This document shows, in pieces, positions 1-9,509 of a stretch of DNA of 64,000 nucleotides; position 1 is the first letter of the stretch, and each line of letters begins with the position of its first letter. The notes under the pieces are model-generated. The model saw only the letters and a program-made list of their open reading frames with translations. It was not told the origin of the DNA and made no database searches. The position numbers and the translations under genes were made by a program. Location of the stretch: NCBI GenBank assembly GCA_963808235.1, contig CAWEEQ010000004.1, positions 1,408,001-1,472,000 of the forward strand, given 5' to 3'. The DNA comes from an uncultured delta proteobacterium (GTDB lineage Bacteria > Desulfobacterota > Binatia > Binatales > Binataceae).

Positions 1-549
1 CTGCCGCTGACTGTCGCGGTGATTGCCGATCCCACGCTGACCTTCGACTATCCAAGACATCTGAGAGCATTCGTCGAAGTCCTGAACCCCGGCCTCGCCC
101 AAACTTTGCAAAGCGCGCTGCGCGGAAGTTTTCAGAATGTGAGCGTCGTCGGGGCGGAAAAAGCCGCGAGCGGCGCCGACTTGCTCGCGACGCCAACCTT
201 AAGTCTCTCCGATCCGATGAAGCTCACGGTCATTTTCGTCGAGGCAGGTTCACATCGACTTGTAGCGGAAGTCACATCTGAGCGTTCGTGCGACGGCAAC
301 GCTCCCGGCGTCTATGCGCACCTCGGAACCGACCTGATGCTGTTTGCGGCGGTCATAGTTTTTCCGCCAGCCGACAGTATCGCCGCTCACGAAATCGACA
401 AGCACGACGCCGATCGCTTCAACGCGAGCTTCGCACCCGCCGTCGCAAAGATGGCCGGTGATATCGCCTACAAGGTGTCGCAAGATCGGAATCTGCAATC
501 ATTCGCCACCCCTCCCCAGCAGTACGTCGGCACCCCGGACACTCTGTAA
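1..549 (+). CDS. Hypothetical protein, 5' partial (frame is open from base 1)
   Basis: Frame 1 is open from position 1 (LPLTVAVIADPTLTFDYP...) to TAA at 547-549; converges on ruvB; no recognisable motif. Confidence 0.6.
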   Translation: MPLTVAVIADPTLTFDYPRHLRAFVEVLNPGLAQTLQSALRGSFQNVSVVGAEKAASGADLLATPTLSLSDPMKLTVIFVEAGSHRLVAEVTSERSCDGNAPGVYAHLGTDLMLFAAVIVFPPADSIAAHEIDKHDADRFNASFAPAVAKMAGDIAYKVSQDRNLQSFATPPQQYVGTPDTL

Positions 550-564
550 ACTTCGGCGGAGTGC

Positions 565-1626
565 TTAGAGCAGCGTGCCGGCACGCTTGCGCCCGAGATG
601 CGCATACGCGCGCTGCGTCGCGACCCGTCCGCGCGAAGTCCGCGCGATAAACCCCTCCTGCAGCATGTACGGCTCGTATACTTCCTCGATCGTGTCGGAT
701 TCCTCGCCCACCGCCGCGGCCAGGCTCTCAACTCCGACCGGCCCGCCGTCGAACTTGTCGATAATCGCGCCGAGGATCGACCGATCCATCTTGTCGAATC
801 CCGCCGTATCAATTTCAAGGAGATCGAGCGCCGCCAGCGCGATCTCGCGCGTGACGACCGCCGCCTCGTTCACCTGCGCGAAGTCGCGCACCCGCCGCAG
901 GAGCCGGTTTGCGATTCGCGGCGTTCCGCGTGAGCGCGACGCCAGCTCCTCCGCGCCGCTTTCGTCGATCGCAACTTTCAACAGCGTGGCCGATCGGCGA
1001 ACGATCTCCGTCAACTCGGCGCGATCGTAAAAATCCAGATGGTAATGCTGCCCGAAACGGTCCCGCAGCGGCGAACTGAGCAGTCCCGAACGCGTCGTCG
1101 CGCCGACCAGCGTGAACGGATTGACCGAGAGCTTCATCGTGCGCGCGCCCATCCCCTCGCCCACCACGATGTGAAATTCGAAATCCTCCATCGCCGAGTA
1201 GAGCCGTTCCTCGACCACGCGCTGCAGGCGATGAATCTCGTCGATAAACAGCACGTCATGCTGTTCGAGATTATTTACGATTGCCGCGAGATCCGCCGCG
1301 CGCTCGATCGCGGGTCCCGAGGTCACGTGCACGTTCACCCCGAGCTCACGCGCGATAATATGCGCGAGCGAAGTCTTGCCGAGTCCCGGCGGTCCCGAGA
1401 ACAGCACGTGATCGAGCACTTCGGCACGTCCACGCGCCGCCTTTATCGACATGCCAAGGATTTTCTTGGTGCGCTCCTGCCCGACGAACTCCGCGAGCGC
1501 TCGCGGCCGCAGCGCAAGGTCGAGCTTGCGATCTTCTTCGACGCCGACCCGCGCCGTCACCCGTCCTTCGAGCTTGACCGGCGGCATCGCCGCGTCGAGA
1601 TCCGCTTCAGGCTTACTTTTCGCCAA
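565..1626 (-). CDS. ruvB: Holliday junction branch migration helicase RuvB
   Basis: LRP..L.EFVGQ, Walker [48 protein letters not shown]; follows ruvA. Confidence 0.98.
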   Translation of the reverse strand: MAKSKPEADLDAAMPPVKLEGRVTARVGVEEDRKLDLALRPRALAEFVGQERTKKILGMSIKAARGRAEVLDHVLFSGPPGLGKTSLAHIIARELGVNVHVTSGPAIERAADLAAIVNNLEQHDVLFIDEIHRLQRVVEERLYSAMEDFEFHIVVGEGMGARTMKLSVNPFTLVGATTRSGLLSSPLRDRFGQHYHLDFYDRAELTEIVRRSATLLKVAIDESGAEELASRSRGTPRIANRLLRRVRDFAQVNEAAVVTREIALAALDLLEIDTAGFDKMDRSILGAIIDKFDGGPVGVESLAAAVGEESDTIEEVYEPYMLQEGFIARTSRGRVATQRAYAHLGRKRAGTLL

Positions 1627-2248
1627 GCAGCACCGCCAATGACTTGCGAATTATCAGTTCCGAATTGTCGGCCGCGGCGCTGTCTTGCGCGATCACGGCC
1701 TCCGCCACCCGCTTTGCTTCCGCCGGTTTCATCCCAAGGTTAACCAGTGCCGATATGGCTTCGTCGAGCGGACCCGCCGGGACACTGTTTGTCGCCGCGA
1801 CAGCCGCGCCGTTGGAACTCGAAGGCAGTGGTGCGGCGAGTTTCAAGTCGGCGGCCTTATCGCGCAGCTCACGAACCACGCGCTCGGCGACCTTGGGCCC
1901 GACCCCGGGCACCGCGTCGATTCGCTCGACATCGCCCTTCAAGATTGCCGCGACCAGTTCTTCCGGCGCGAGGATCGACAGTATGGCGAGCGCGAGTTTA
2001 GGCCCGACGTGTTGCACGCTCATCAGAAGATCGAAGGCGCGCTTTTCGATGATGCTCGAAAATCCGTAAAGCGTGATCGCGTCCTCACGCACCACCTGCC
2101 GTATCTCGAGCGCGACGCGGTCGCCGAGCTGAGCGAGCCGGTAGTAGGTGCTGAGCGGTATCAGCACTTCGTAGCCGACCCCGCCGGTCTCGACCACGAT
2201 TCGGCCCGCGTCGCGAACCGTCAGTATCCCGTTTATCGACGCGATCAT
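1613..2248 (-). CDS. ruvA: Holliday junction DNA-binding protein RuvA
   Basis: MIASING..., [18 protein letters not shown], HhH motifs VGPKLAL and [12 protein letters not shown]-terminal [10 protein letters not shown]; ATG at 2248 overlaps the ruvC stop (ATGA). Confidence 0.97.
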   Translation of the reverse strand: MIASINGILTVRDAGRIVVETGGVGYEVLIPLSTYYRLAQLGDRVALEIRQVVREDAITLYGFSSIIEKRAFDLLMSVQHVGPKLALAILSILAPEELVAAILKGDVERIDAVPGVGPKVAERVVRELRDKAADLKLAAPLPSSSNGAAVAATNSVPAGPLDEAISALVNLGMKPAEAKRVAEAVIAQDSAAADNSELIIRKSLAVLLGEK

Positions 2249-2790
2249 TGCGGTGCGAGCCTCGGCTTCGATGGTCGCGCCGCGGGTGCGCGCTCGATCG
2301 CCTCGACCAGGTTGGGCAAGCGTCCGCGACCGAGATGGCATAGTGCGATCGCCAGCGCATCCGCCGCATCGTCGGCGAGCTCCGTCGCCGCGTCGAGTCG
2401 AAGCACTTTGCGCACCATGTACTTCACCTGCGCCTTGTCGGCATGCCCATGGCCCGCGACGCACAGCTTCACTTCATTTGGCGGATACTCGAACAGCGGC
2501 ATCTCGCGCTCAGCGGCCGCGAGCATCGCCATTGCGCGGGCCTCGCCGATTCGAAACGCACTCTGAACGTTGATCGCGACGAAGTGGCGCTCGAGACTGA
2601 GCGCGTCCGGGATGTACTCGTCGATTATTGAAAGTAGCGTTTCGTGAATCAGCCGGAGCCGGCGCGGACCCTGCGGGAGCGACCCGCTCCGAATCGTGCC
2701 CGCGACGACGAAACTGCCGGCGCCGGGGCGGCCTTCGACCACACCGTACCCGCACACCGCACTGCCCGGGTCCACCCCGAGTATCCGCAT
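2245..2790 (-). CDS. ruvC: Crossover junction endodeoxyribonuclease RuvC
   Basis: MRILGVDPG, EY.P..VK..V.G.G.ADK.QV, DDAADALAIALCH. Confidence 0.97.
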   Translation of the reverse strand: MRILGVDPGSAVCGYGVVEGRPGAGSFVVAGTIRSGSLPQGPRRLRLIHETLLSIIDEYIPDALSLERHFVAINVQSAFRIGEARAMAMLAAAEREMPLFEYPPNEVKLCVAGHGHADKAQVKYMVRKVLRLDAATELADDAADALAIALCHLGRGRLPNLVEAIERAPAARPSKPRLAPQ

Positions 2791-2837
2791 ACCCCACCTC
2801 CGCAGATCCGTAAAACCGTAAAAAACGCGCGCCGCGA

Positions 2838-3590
2838 TCACGCCGCCGAGAACTGCGCTATCTCATCGTCGCTGATATCGAAGTTCGCGGCGACGCCTTG
2901 CACGTCGTCATGATCCTCCAGCTCTTCCATCAGCTTGAGCACTTGCTCCGCCGCATGGCCGGAGACCGCGACCGTATTTTCGGGAATCCGTGTAACTTCC
3001 GAATGCGCGATCGCAAGGCCGGCTTTTTCAAGAGCCTCGCGGACCGCGTGAAATTTGTCCGGCGAGGTCAGCACCTGGAAAGTTTCGCCGTCGCTGGTAA
3101 CGTCGTCGGCGCCCGCGTCGAGCGCCAGTTCGAGCAGCTTGTCCTCGTCGATTGCGGATTTCTCAATTCCGATCACGCCGCGCTTTTTAAACATCCAGCC
3201 GACGCATCCCGACTCGCCGAGATTTCCGCCGCGCCGCGAAAAGATAAACCGCAACTCCGCGACCGTGCGATTGCGATTGTCCGACAATACGTCGACCATT
3301 ATCGCAACGCCGCCCGCGCCGTAGCCCTCGTAGGTAATTTCGTCGAGTGTCGCGCCGCCCAGTTCTCCGGTGCCTTTCTTGATCGCGCGATCGATATTGT
3401 CGTTCGGCATCGATTGCTTTTTCGCAACCGTCACCGCCGTGCGCAAGCGTGGATTGGAGTTGAGGTCGCCGCCGCCCAGGCGCGCCGCAATCGTGATTTC
3501 CTTGATCAGCTTGGTGAAGACGCGCCCGCGCTTGGAGTCGGTAATCGCCTTCTTATGCTTGATCGAACTCCATTTGGAATGACCCGACAT
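2838..3590 (-). CDS. yebC: YebC/PmpR family DNA-binding/translation-associated protein
   Basis: [42 protein letters not shown]; canonical position upstream of ruvC. Confidence 0.97.
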   Translation of the reverse strand: MSGHSKWSSIKHKKAITDSKRGRVFTKLIKEITIAARLGGGDLNSNPRLRTAVTVAKKQSMPNDNIDRAIKKGTGELGGATLDEITYEGYGAGGVAIMVDVLSDNRNRTVAELRFIFSRRGGNLGESGCVGWMFKKRGVIGIEKSAIDEDKLLELALDAGADDVTSDGETFQVLTSPDKFHAVREALEKAGLAIAHSEVTRIPENTVAVSGHAAEQVLKLMEELEDHDDVQGVAANFDISDDEIAQFSAA

Positions 3591-3705
3591 AAGCCGGAGA
3601 TTATCATAAAGTTTCGCCCAAGTGGGAATACCGCCGACACGCCCGCTCAAAGGTTTCACATTTTTTCTGCTATCATTCCCCGCCAAGTGACTTGAGCCCC
3701 GCCAG

Positions 3706-4416
3706 GTGACTTGGGCGCATTCGACTATGTTTTCGGCAATGGACGTGATTTTCGCGATGCTGGCGACGTTCCTCGCCGCCGGATGCATCTATCCGCCCGC
3801 GACGCAGCCGCCTCCCGACGTCAAGCAGCAAGTGGTGATCCCCCTGCCCTACGACCTTGCCTGGGACGCAGTGAACCACGTCATCGCGCAAAACTCTCTG
3901 CGCGTTCAGGCAACGGATTCCAACGCCGGGATCATCGAGACGGTCGGTCCACGCTTCACCCTGCACGACGCCGATTGCGGCCGAATCAAGAGCGTCGTCG
4001 GCACCTACGCGGCCGAGCCGGAGCAGAACGCCTCCACGGTATTCACCTTCGGTGTTCACCCGCGCGGCCCCGAAGCGAGCATCGTGCAGGTGCTGGCGAC
4101 GTTCAATTCGCCGGTCAAGGTGCCGCTCCGTCCCGCGACCAACGTCGATTGCGTGTCGTACGGAATCCAGGAGTCAAACCTGCTCCGCCAGGTCTTAGCG
4201 CAAGCAACCCAGACCCATCGCCCGGTTTTCAACAAACCGGCAAATCCGCAGGCGGCAAAGACGCCGCCAAATCCCGCCGCCAGCCGCGCCACGATCGAAA
4301 GGAACGGCGCGCCAGCTCCCGAGCCGCCCTCGATGTCTGGATTCTCGATCGGCGGCGGGCGCGCAACACTCGTGCATCCCGACTTTCCTCCCCTGCCCGC
4401 ACCGTCAGCGCCTTGA
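3706..4416 (+). CDS. Putative lipoprotein with Pro-rich C-terminal tail
   Basis: Hydrophobic N-terminus ending in lipobox LAAGC; divergent from yebC; start uncertain (3706/3727/3757). Confidence 0.65.
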   Translation: MTWAHSTMFSAMDVIFAMLATFLAAGCIYPPATQPPPDVKQQVVIPLPYDLAWDAVNHVIAQNSLRVQATDSNAGIIETVGPRFTLHDADCGRIKSVVGTYAAEPEQNASTVFTFGVHPRGPEASIVQVLATFNSPVKVPLRPATNVDCVSYGIQESNLLRQVLAQATQTHRPVFNKPANPQAAKTPPNPAASRATIERNGAPAPEPPSMSGFSIGGGRATLVHPDFPPLPAPSAP

Positions 4417-4615
4417 GGTGACCCGCACATGACATGAAGTCGGCATTCGCAACTACCTGTATCAAGGCATTGCGCTATGGCTGGCGCATTGATAACCGGG
4501 AGTGTACGGAACGCTCTTGTTTCGATGCGCGCGCTGATTCCACGGCGATTTCATCTTCCGCGCGCAAAATCCAGTCGTCTGACGATTGCAAAACTTTAAG
4601 GGAGGACGAGAAACG

Positions 4616-5341
4616 ATGCCGCAAATTGCCGTCATTAACGAATCAACCGAGAACTCGGCCAAATTCTCCGATGCGCTGCTGAAGGCGATGCTGCCCGCCT
4701 TCACGCAACAGTGGAACCAGGACCTCCAGCCAGTCTGGGGCGTCGATACCGCGAACTTCATCTTCAATGCCAAGGGTCAGAAGCCTGCGGCTGGCGCCTG
4801 GTGGGCGGTATTCCTTGACAACAGCGATCAGGCGCGCGCGCTTGCCTATCACGATTTGACCAACGAGGGTCTGCCGATTTCCAAGATCTTTGTGAAAACC
4901 ATTCTCGCTTCCAATACCAGCATCAGCGTCGGCGCGACTCACGAACTGTGCGAGATGGCGGTGGATCCATGGCTCAACAGCGCCTATCAGGATCCGAAGG
5001 GCGTGTTTTGGGCGGGCGAGGTCTGCGACCCGGTCGAGGACGACCAGTATGGCTACGAGATCGGCGGCATTCTGGTGACCGACTTCGTAACCCCGAACTG
5101 GTTCGCACATGAGCATCCAAAGGGTGCGATTGACTTCAGGGGCCACGCGCATGCCGCATTCGATGTACTGACCGGCGGCTACGCGCAGTACTTCGATGCG
5201 AACAAAGGATGGCAGCAAATTACCGGCGCCAAAGCCAAATTGAGCGCCCGCGCAACGCCCGATAAAGGTTCGCGCAGAGAGCGGCGCGCACGCAGGTTTG
5301 AGCGTCCCCAGACGTGGGAGCTCAGCAAGAAGGTCTGGTAG
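4616..5341 (+). CDS. Hypothetical protein with HExxE motif (possibly Phi-1/EXORDIUM-like or metal-binding)
   Basis: GGAGG SD at 4601-4605; motifs ALAYHD, THELCEMAVDP, GEVCDPVE, DFVTPNWF. Confidence 0.75.
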   Translation: MPQIAVINESTENSAKFSDALLKAMLPAFTQQWNQDLQPVWGVDTANFIFNAKGQKPAAGAWWAVFLDNSDQARALAYHDLTNEGLPISKIFVKTILASNTSISVGATHELCEMAVDPWLNSAYQDPKGVFWAGEVCDPVEDDQYGYEIGGILVTDFVTPNWFAHEHPKGAIDFRGHAHAAFDVLTGGYAQYFDANKGWQQITGAKAKLSARATPDKGSRRERRARRFERPQTWELSKKVW

Positions 5342-5432
5342 GGCCGGACCAGCAGGATTTTTGCGGGTCCGTTTCTCTCGGCAACGAGGGAAGCGGACCC
5401 CGCTGCCCGTAATTACCGACCGCAGACCGGAC

Positions 5433-6008
5433 TCAGGACTGCGCGCACGCGCCCAGGCCAAGGTACCGTCGCAGAACAGCTTCGAGCTTCTCCTGCGTCA
5501 GTGCCTGAGCGGCCGCGCCATTACTGCCGCTGCTGCCATTGGCGCCGTTGCTGCCATTGGTGCCATTGGCGCCGTTGACCCGGTGACGACGTTTGCCTTC
5601 GTGGCTCATCAACCTGGGTCCCCAGCCGGGAAACGGGATTCTCCAACTTGACAGTCCCTCTCCCGAGCCGCTCCATAAGAGCGCCGTCCGATGCCCCATT
5701 ACGGCTCCTCCATGGATTCTCATCCGCGACATTCCGGCCGGCTCGATAGTCACCGGTTGGCTGATCAAGTGCCGGAACTTTGTCATACGAACGATTGAGA
5801 GCGTTGGCATCGAGAGCTCGCCGCCCAACTTCAACGTTCCCCTCGTGACGGTGACGGCCTGTACCTCGATCGCCTCAGCGAGCATCGCCTCGATAGTGTT
5901 CAGCAGAGCATCTACCGCTTTACTCCATTCTAGTTGTCGGAGTTTGATACTCTCAGTAGCAGCCTCGTCTTCCTGCTTCTGCTTGATTAGGTCATCGCTG
6001 AGGCTCAT
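5433..6008 (-). CDS. Hypothetical protein with NG(A/T/S) low-complexity tract
   Basis: 191-aa ORF; 9-nt tandem repeats at ~5521-5579 encode NGANGTNGSNGANGSSGSNG. Confidence 0.6.
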   Translation of the reverse strand: MSLSDDLIKQKQEDEAATESIKLRQLEWSKAVDALLNTIEAMLAEAIEVQAVTVTRGTLKLGGELSMPTLSIVRMTKFRHLISQPVTIEPAGMSRMRIHGGAVMGHRTALLWSGSGEGLSSWRIPFPGWGPRLMSHEGKRRHRVNGANGTNGSNGANGSSGSNGAAAQALTQEKLEAVLRRYLGLGACAQS

Positions 6009-6555
6009 TTCGCCACCCCTAAGAGTGAGGTAGGTAACGTAGCATGTATCTAGCTATATCTTGCAAGGATAAAGTCTACCATCTTCCTTGCTCGCCCGCC
6101 CATGTGCCCTGCGTTACAAACCACATCCCACTCCCCTAAACGGCAACCACGCGCCCATAACGTCACGAATCGCCCATTTCCCCCCTAGTCATATGCGTTC
6201 TAAATGCCGCCGCCGCTATCTATTGAGTTTGACATCTCCCAGCCCAGAGCGCGGATCCCCACGCCCCGCTATCCGATCAGCGCCCAAACGCGAAAGTTGA
6301 AGTAACCCGCCGGACCAAACACACCACCCCACCTATCCCAACGCCAGACCCGCAATGGAATCCGACCTACTCCCCCTATAGCTAAGTCAGTAGCTATTTC
6401 CGCCTAAGTGGATGAATTCGCAAGGAGTAAGTTAGCGCACAAATCTGCGGCCGATGAGTGAGGGTTCTGGCCTTGACATTTTTCCGGTCCGGGATGAAAC
6501 CGGGGATGCATATCGGAAGCCGGTCTTTATCAACCTCAAATGCCGGAGGCATCCA

Positions 6556-7638
6556 ATGAAAGGTCGCGTCGCGTTTATTCCCGGCCCGCACAAAATCGAA
6601 TTCCACGAATACGAAGTTCCCGCACCGCTCGCAGGCGGCCTGATCGCCGCCGTCTCGCAGACCAACGTATGCGGCTCCGAAGTGCATATGTGGAAGGGTG
6701 AGTTCGGACGCCGCGGCGTGATGCCCGGTCACGAGATGAGCGGCCGCATCGAGGCGCTCGGCGATGGTCTCCGCGCCGATTGGGCCGGCGTGCCGGTCAA
6801 GGAGGGCGACCGAATCGCGCCGGTTTACTACACCGTATGCAATCGATGCGCGAACTGCGTGGCCGGCAATCATGCCGCATGCACCGCCAAAGTCGTCGGC
6901 GCGCGGCATCCCGACGAGCCCCCGCACTTCACCGCCACCTTCGCGTCGCATTACTTCGTAAAACCCGAGCAACATTTTTATCGCGTCCCTGACAATGTGC
7001 CCGATTCGATCGCATCGTCGGCCAACTGCGCGATGTCGCAGGTGTACTGGAGTCTCGACCGCGCGCGGCTTGCCTACGGCGAGAAGCTCCTGGTGCTGGG
7101 CGCGGGCGGACTCGGCTTGCATGCGATGGCAATAGCGAAGGCTCGCGGCGCGCAGGTCTTCGCGATCGACGGCGTCGATCAGCGCCTGCGCGAGGCCCGC
7201 CGCTTCGGCGCCGACGAAACTATCGATATGCGCGAGCACCCCGACTTCGAGTCGCGTGACAAGCGCGTGCGCGAGCTTTGCCACGGATGGCCCGACGTGG
7301 TGCTCGAGGTCGCCGGCGTGCCCGAGGCGTTCATGGAAGCACTCAAGATGGTCCGCGTCGGCGGACGCGTAATCGAAGTCGGAAACATTTCGTCGGGCTT
7401 GACGATCCAGTTGCCGCCCTCGCTTATCACCTTCAAGTCGCTGCAGATTACCGGGGTCGCGACCTATCCGCCGCACTACCTGAAAAAATCGCTCGATTTT
7501 TTAAGCGAGCACATCGATCGATTTCCGTATCGGCAGATGTGCGACGCGACTTTTCCCCTCTCGCGCGCGGCGGAAGCACTCGACAAGAGCGAGCGCCGCG
7601 AGATTACTCGCGCAGGACTATTGCCGGATCGTTACTGA
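6556..7638 (+). CDS. Zinc-binding medium-chain alcohol dehydrogenase
   Basis: CGSEVH, GHE, structural Zn motif CNRCANC...C, GAGGLG Rossmann motif; GGAGG SD before ATG 6556. Confidence 0.93.
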   Translation: MKGRVAFIPGPHKIEFHEYEVPAPLAGGLIAAVSQTNVCGSEVHMWKGEFGRRGVMPGHEMSGRIEALGDGLRADWAGVPVKEGDRIAPVYYTVCNRCANCVAGNHAACTAKVVGARHPDEPPHFTATFASHYFVKPEQHFYRVPDNVPDSIASSANCAMSQVYWSLDRARLAYGEKLLVLGAGGLGLHAMAIAKARGAQVFAIDGVDQRLREARRFGADETIDMREHPDFESRDKRVRELCHGWPDVVLEVAGVPEAFMEALKMVRVGGRVIEVGNISSGLTIQLPPSLITFKSLQITGVATYPPHYLKKSLDFLSEHIDRFPYRQMCDATFPLSRAAEALDKSERREITRAGLLPDRY

Positions 7639-7645
7639 GCGGCGC

Positions 7646-8428
7646 ATGGAGATCCGCGTGTGGCTGCGCAGCTCATATCGGAAGATTGTCATCGTCCAGG
7701 TTGTGGTGGTTCTCGCTTTGCTGGTCGCGATGTATCGCCGTACCAACGGCGATGCTGCACATACGATGCTCGCCTTGGCGATGGTGTTCGCCACGATTTT
7801 CCTGCTTTTCAGCACTCGACGAGAGCCTTTGGATCCGCGTCCGCTCGATGCATCTTCCAGCCCGATCGACACCAAAGTGCACGAGCTGCTCCAGGGCGCC
7901 CCCGAAGACCTCCGCGGCGCCTCAGATCAGGATTTGAGCCCTACGCAAGAACCTGCGCAGGGCTCCGGCCTCACGAACCCGGAGTCCCTTGTGCCCGAGG
8001 GCGCGAAGCGGGTTTACGATTTGAAGGATCTTCCGCCCGAAGTGGCCGCAGACCCTGAAGTCCAGAAACTGTTGCAGATGGCCGGCGCGCGCGCATGGGT
8101 GAAAGTCACCCGTCGCGACAAATCCGCAAATTCAGGATTCGCCGGCGACGCGGAATCCGGCCCGGAAACAACGAAGATAAGCGTCAGCATCAAGCGGTCC
8201 GGACATCCAATGCAGATGGGCACGACGGAGGAGACGAGCGAGCTTCCGCCCGAACTCGATTCCAGCGACCCTGAGCAATTGGCGCGTTGGGTCAAATCGC
8301 AAGAGATGCGGTCATCCGATGCGCGCGGCGCGACCCCGCCGGCGAAGGCGTTCCTCCGGCTGATCGTGGTCTTCACCGCGATCGCCGTAGCAGTTGTCGG
8401 TTTGTGGATGCTCTACTTCAACAATTGA
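7646..8428 (+). CDS. Hypothetical membrane protein
   Basis: Two N-terminal TM segments, acidic/Pro-rich soluble part, C-terminal TM; starts 7 nt after the dehydrogenase stop. Confidence 0.65.
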   Translation: MEIRVWLRSSYRKIVIVQVVVVLALLVAMYRRTNGDAAHTMLALAMVFATIFLLFSTRREPLDPRPLDASSSPIDTKVHELLQGAPEDLRGASDQDLSPTQEPAQGSGLTNPESLVPEGAKRVYDLKDLPPEVAADPEVQKLLQMAGARAWVKVTRRDKSANSGFAGDAESGPETTKISVSIKRSGHPMQMGTTEETSELPPELDSSDPEQLARWVKSQEMRSSDARGATPPAKAFLRLIVVFTAIAVAVVGLWMLYFNN

Positions 8429-8518
8429 AACTGCGCGCGGGACTGCTGCCGGGTCGCAGCTAGCCCCGCGCGCGCGTCATTACCCAAGTCCGTCTGCGAT
8501 GGGAATCGCGAACTGTAA

Positions 8519-9361
8519 TCATTCTCCGGCCGGCTCCGGCGCGAACCAGGTCACGCTTCCGCTGCCGTCTTTCACGACTAAGCCGCCGCCGTCAGCGCTC
8601 GAGTACCCCGCGTCGAGGCGATCTTGTCCCGTCGCGTCCAGCGCGATCATTCCGCCCGCAGAACCGTCGCCCGCTCCGCCGAGCGCGAGTTGCGGCTTGC
8701 CGGTAGCGTCGAAGGTGACCGATCCGGCTTTGCTGCCATCAGGCGCGACGCCCGCCACATAGCGCGTCACGTTGTTCGAATCGTTCGCAAAAAAGCCCGA
8801 CCCGTTGGCGGCGTTTCCGAAACCGGCCCGCGCGAACCCACTGCCGTCCAGCGCAAACGATCCCGCGCCACTGCCGTCCGCGTTGACGCCGCTGGTCAGC
8901 GCCGGCTTTCCGTCGCCATTGAACGCGACTAGCCCCGCGCCTTGACTGCTGATTCCGACCGCCGCTCGCGGAACTCCCTTCCCAGGCAGGACCAGGTTCC
9001 CGTCGTATAGCGCCAGACCCGCGTTCGCATTGCTCCCGCTCCCACTGGCGCCCAGCGCGAGCAGCCACTTCCCGGTTCCATCGAGGAATACCAGCCCGGC
9101 ACCGTTGCCGCTGGTACCGAGCACCGCGACGATCTGCCCGCTTCCGTTCACCAGGTTGACCTGTTGAGCGCTGACAGTTCCTGCGGTGATCGTTCCGGCG
9201 TCGAGTGTCGCCATCTTCTTCACCGTCTTCGCCAGCAACTGCGGTGTCGAGGTCATCGCGGCCATCGCAAGCACCGCGCCCGCAACGATCATCTTCATCA
9301 CCCGATTGCCCTTCTCGAGCCGCGCGACTCGTTCGGTCAAAGCACAGATCTGACTGTCCAT
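8519..9361 (-). CDS. Membrane-anchored Gly-rich beta-repeat protein
   Basis: Short N-terminal coiled coil (LTERVARLEK), TM/signal segment, then about 8 repeats of G-h-x-h-x-D-x-x-G; GGAGGGG SD upstream. Confidence 0.75.
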   Translation of the reverse strand: MDSQICALTERVARLEKGNRVMKMIVAGAVLAMAAMTSTPQLLAKTVKKMATLDAGTITAGTVSAQQVNLVNGSGQIVAVLGTSGNGAGLVFLDGTGKWLLALGASGSGSNANAGLALYDGNLVLPGKGVPRAAVGISSQGAGLVAFNGDGKPALTSGVNADGSGAGSFALDGSGFARAGFGNAANGSGFFANDSNNVTRYVAGVAPDGSKAGSVTFDATGKPQLALGGAGDGSAGGMIALDATGQDRLDAGYSSADGGGLVVKDGSGSVTWFAPEPAGE

Positions 9362-9509
9362 TGAGGTCCCCTCCAGTTATTTCCCGGGCAGCGCGCTGAA
9401 CGTTGAACGCTCAAGATCGCTGCCCCAGTTGAGTCCAGAAAACCAGGCGCCGCTAGAACGCCGCTAAACTAGTCATGATCCACGCAAATTTCCAAGCGAG
9501 GTGCCGCTA

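Noticed and set aside
565-3590. yebC-ruvCAB cluster as a finding
   Set aside because: Canonical, widely conserved arrangement.
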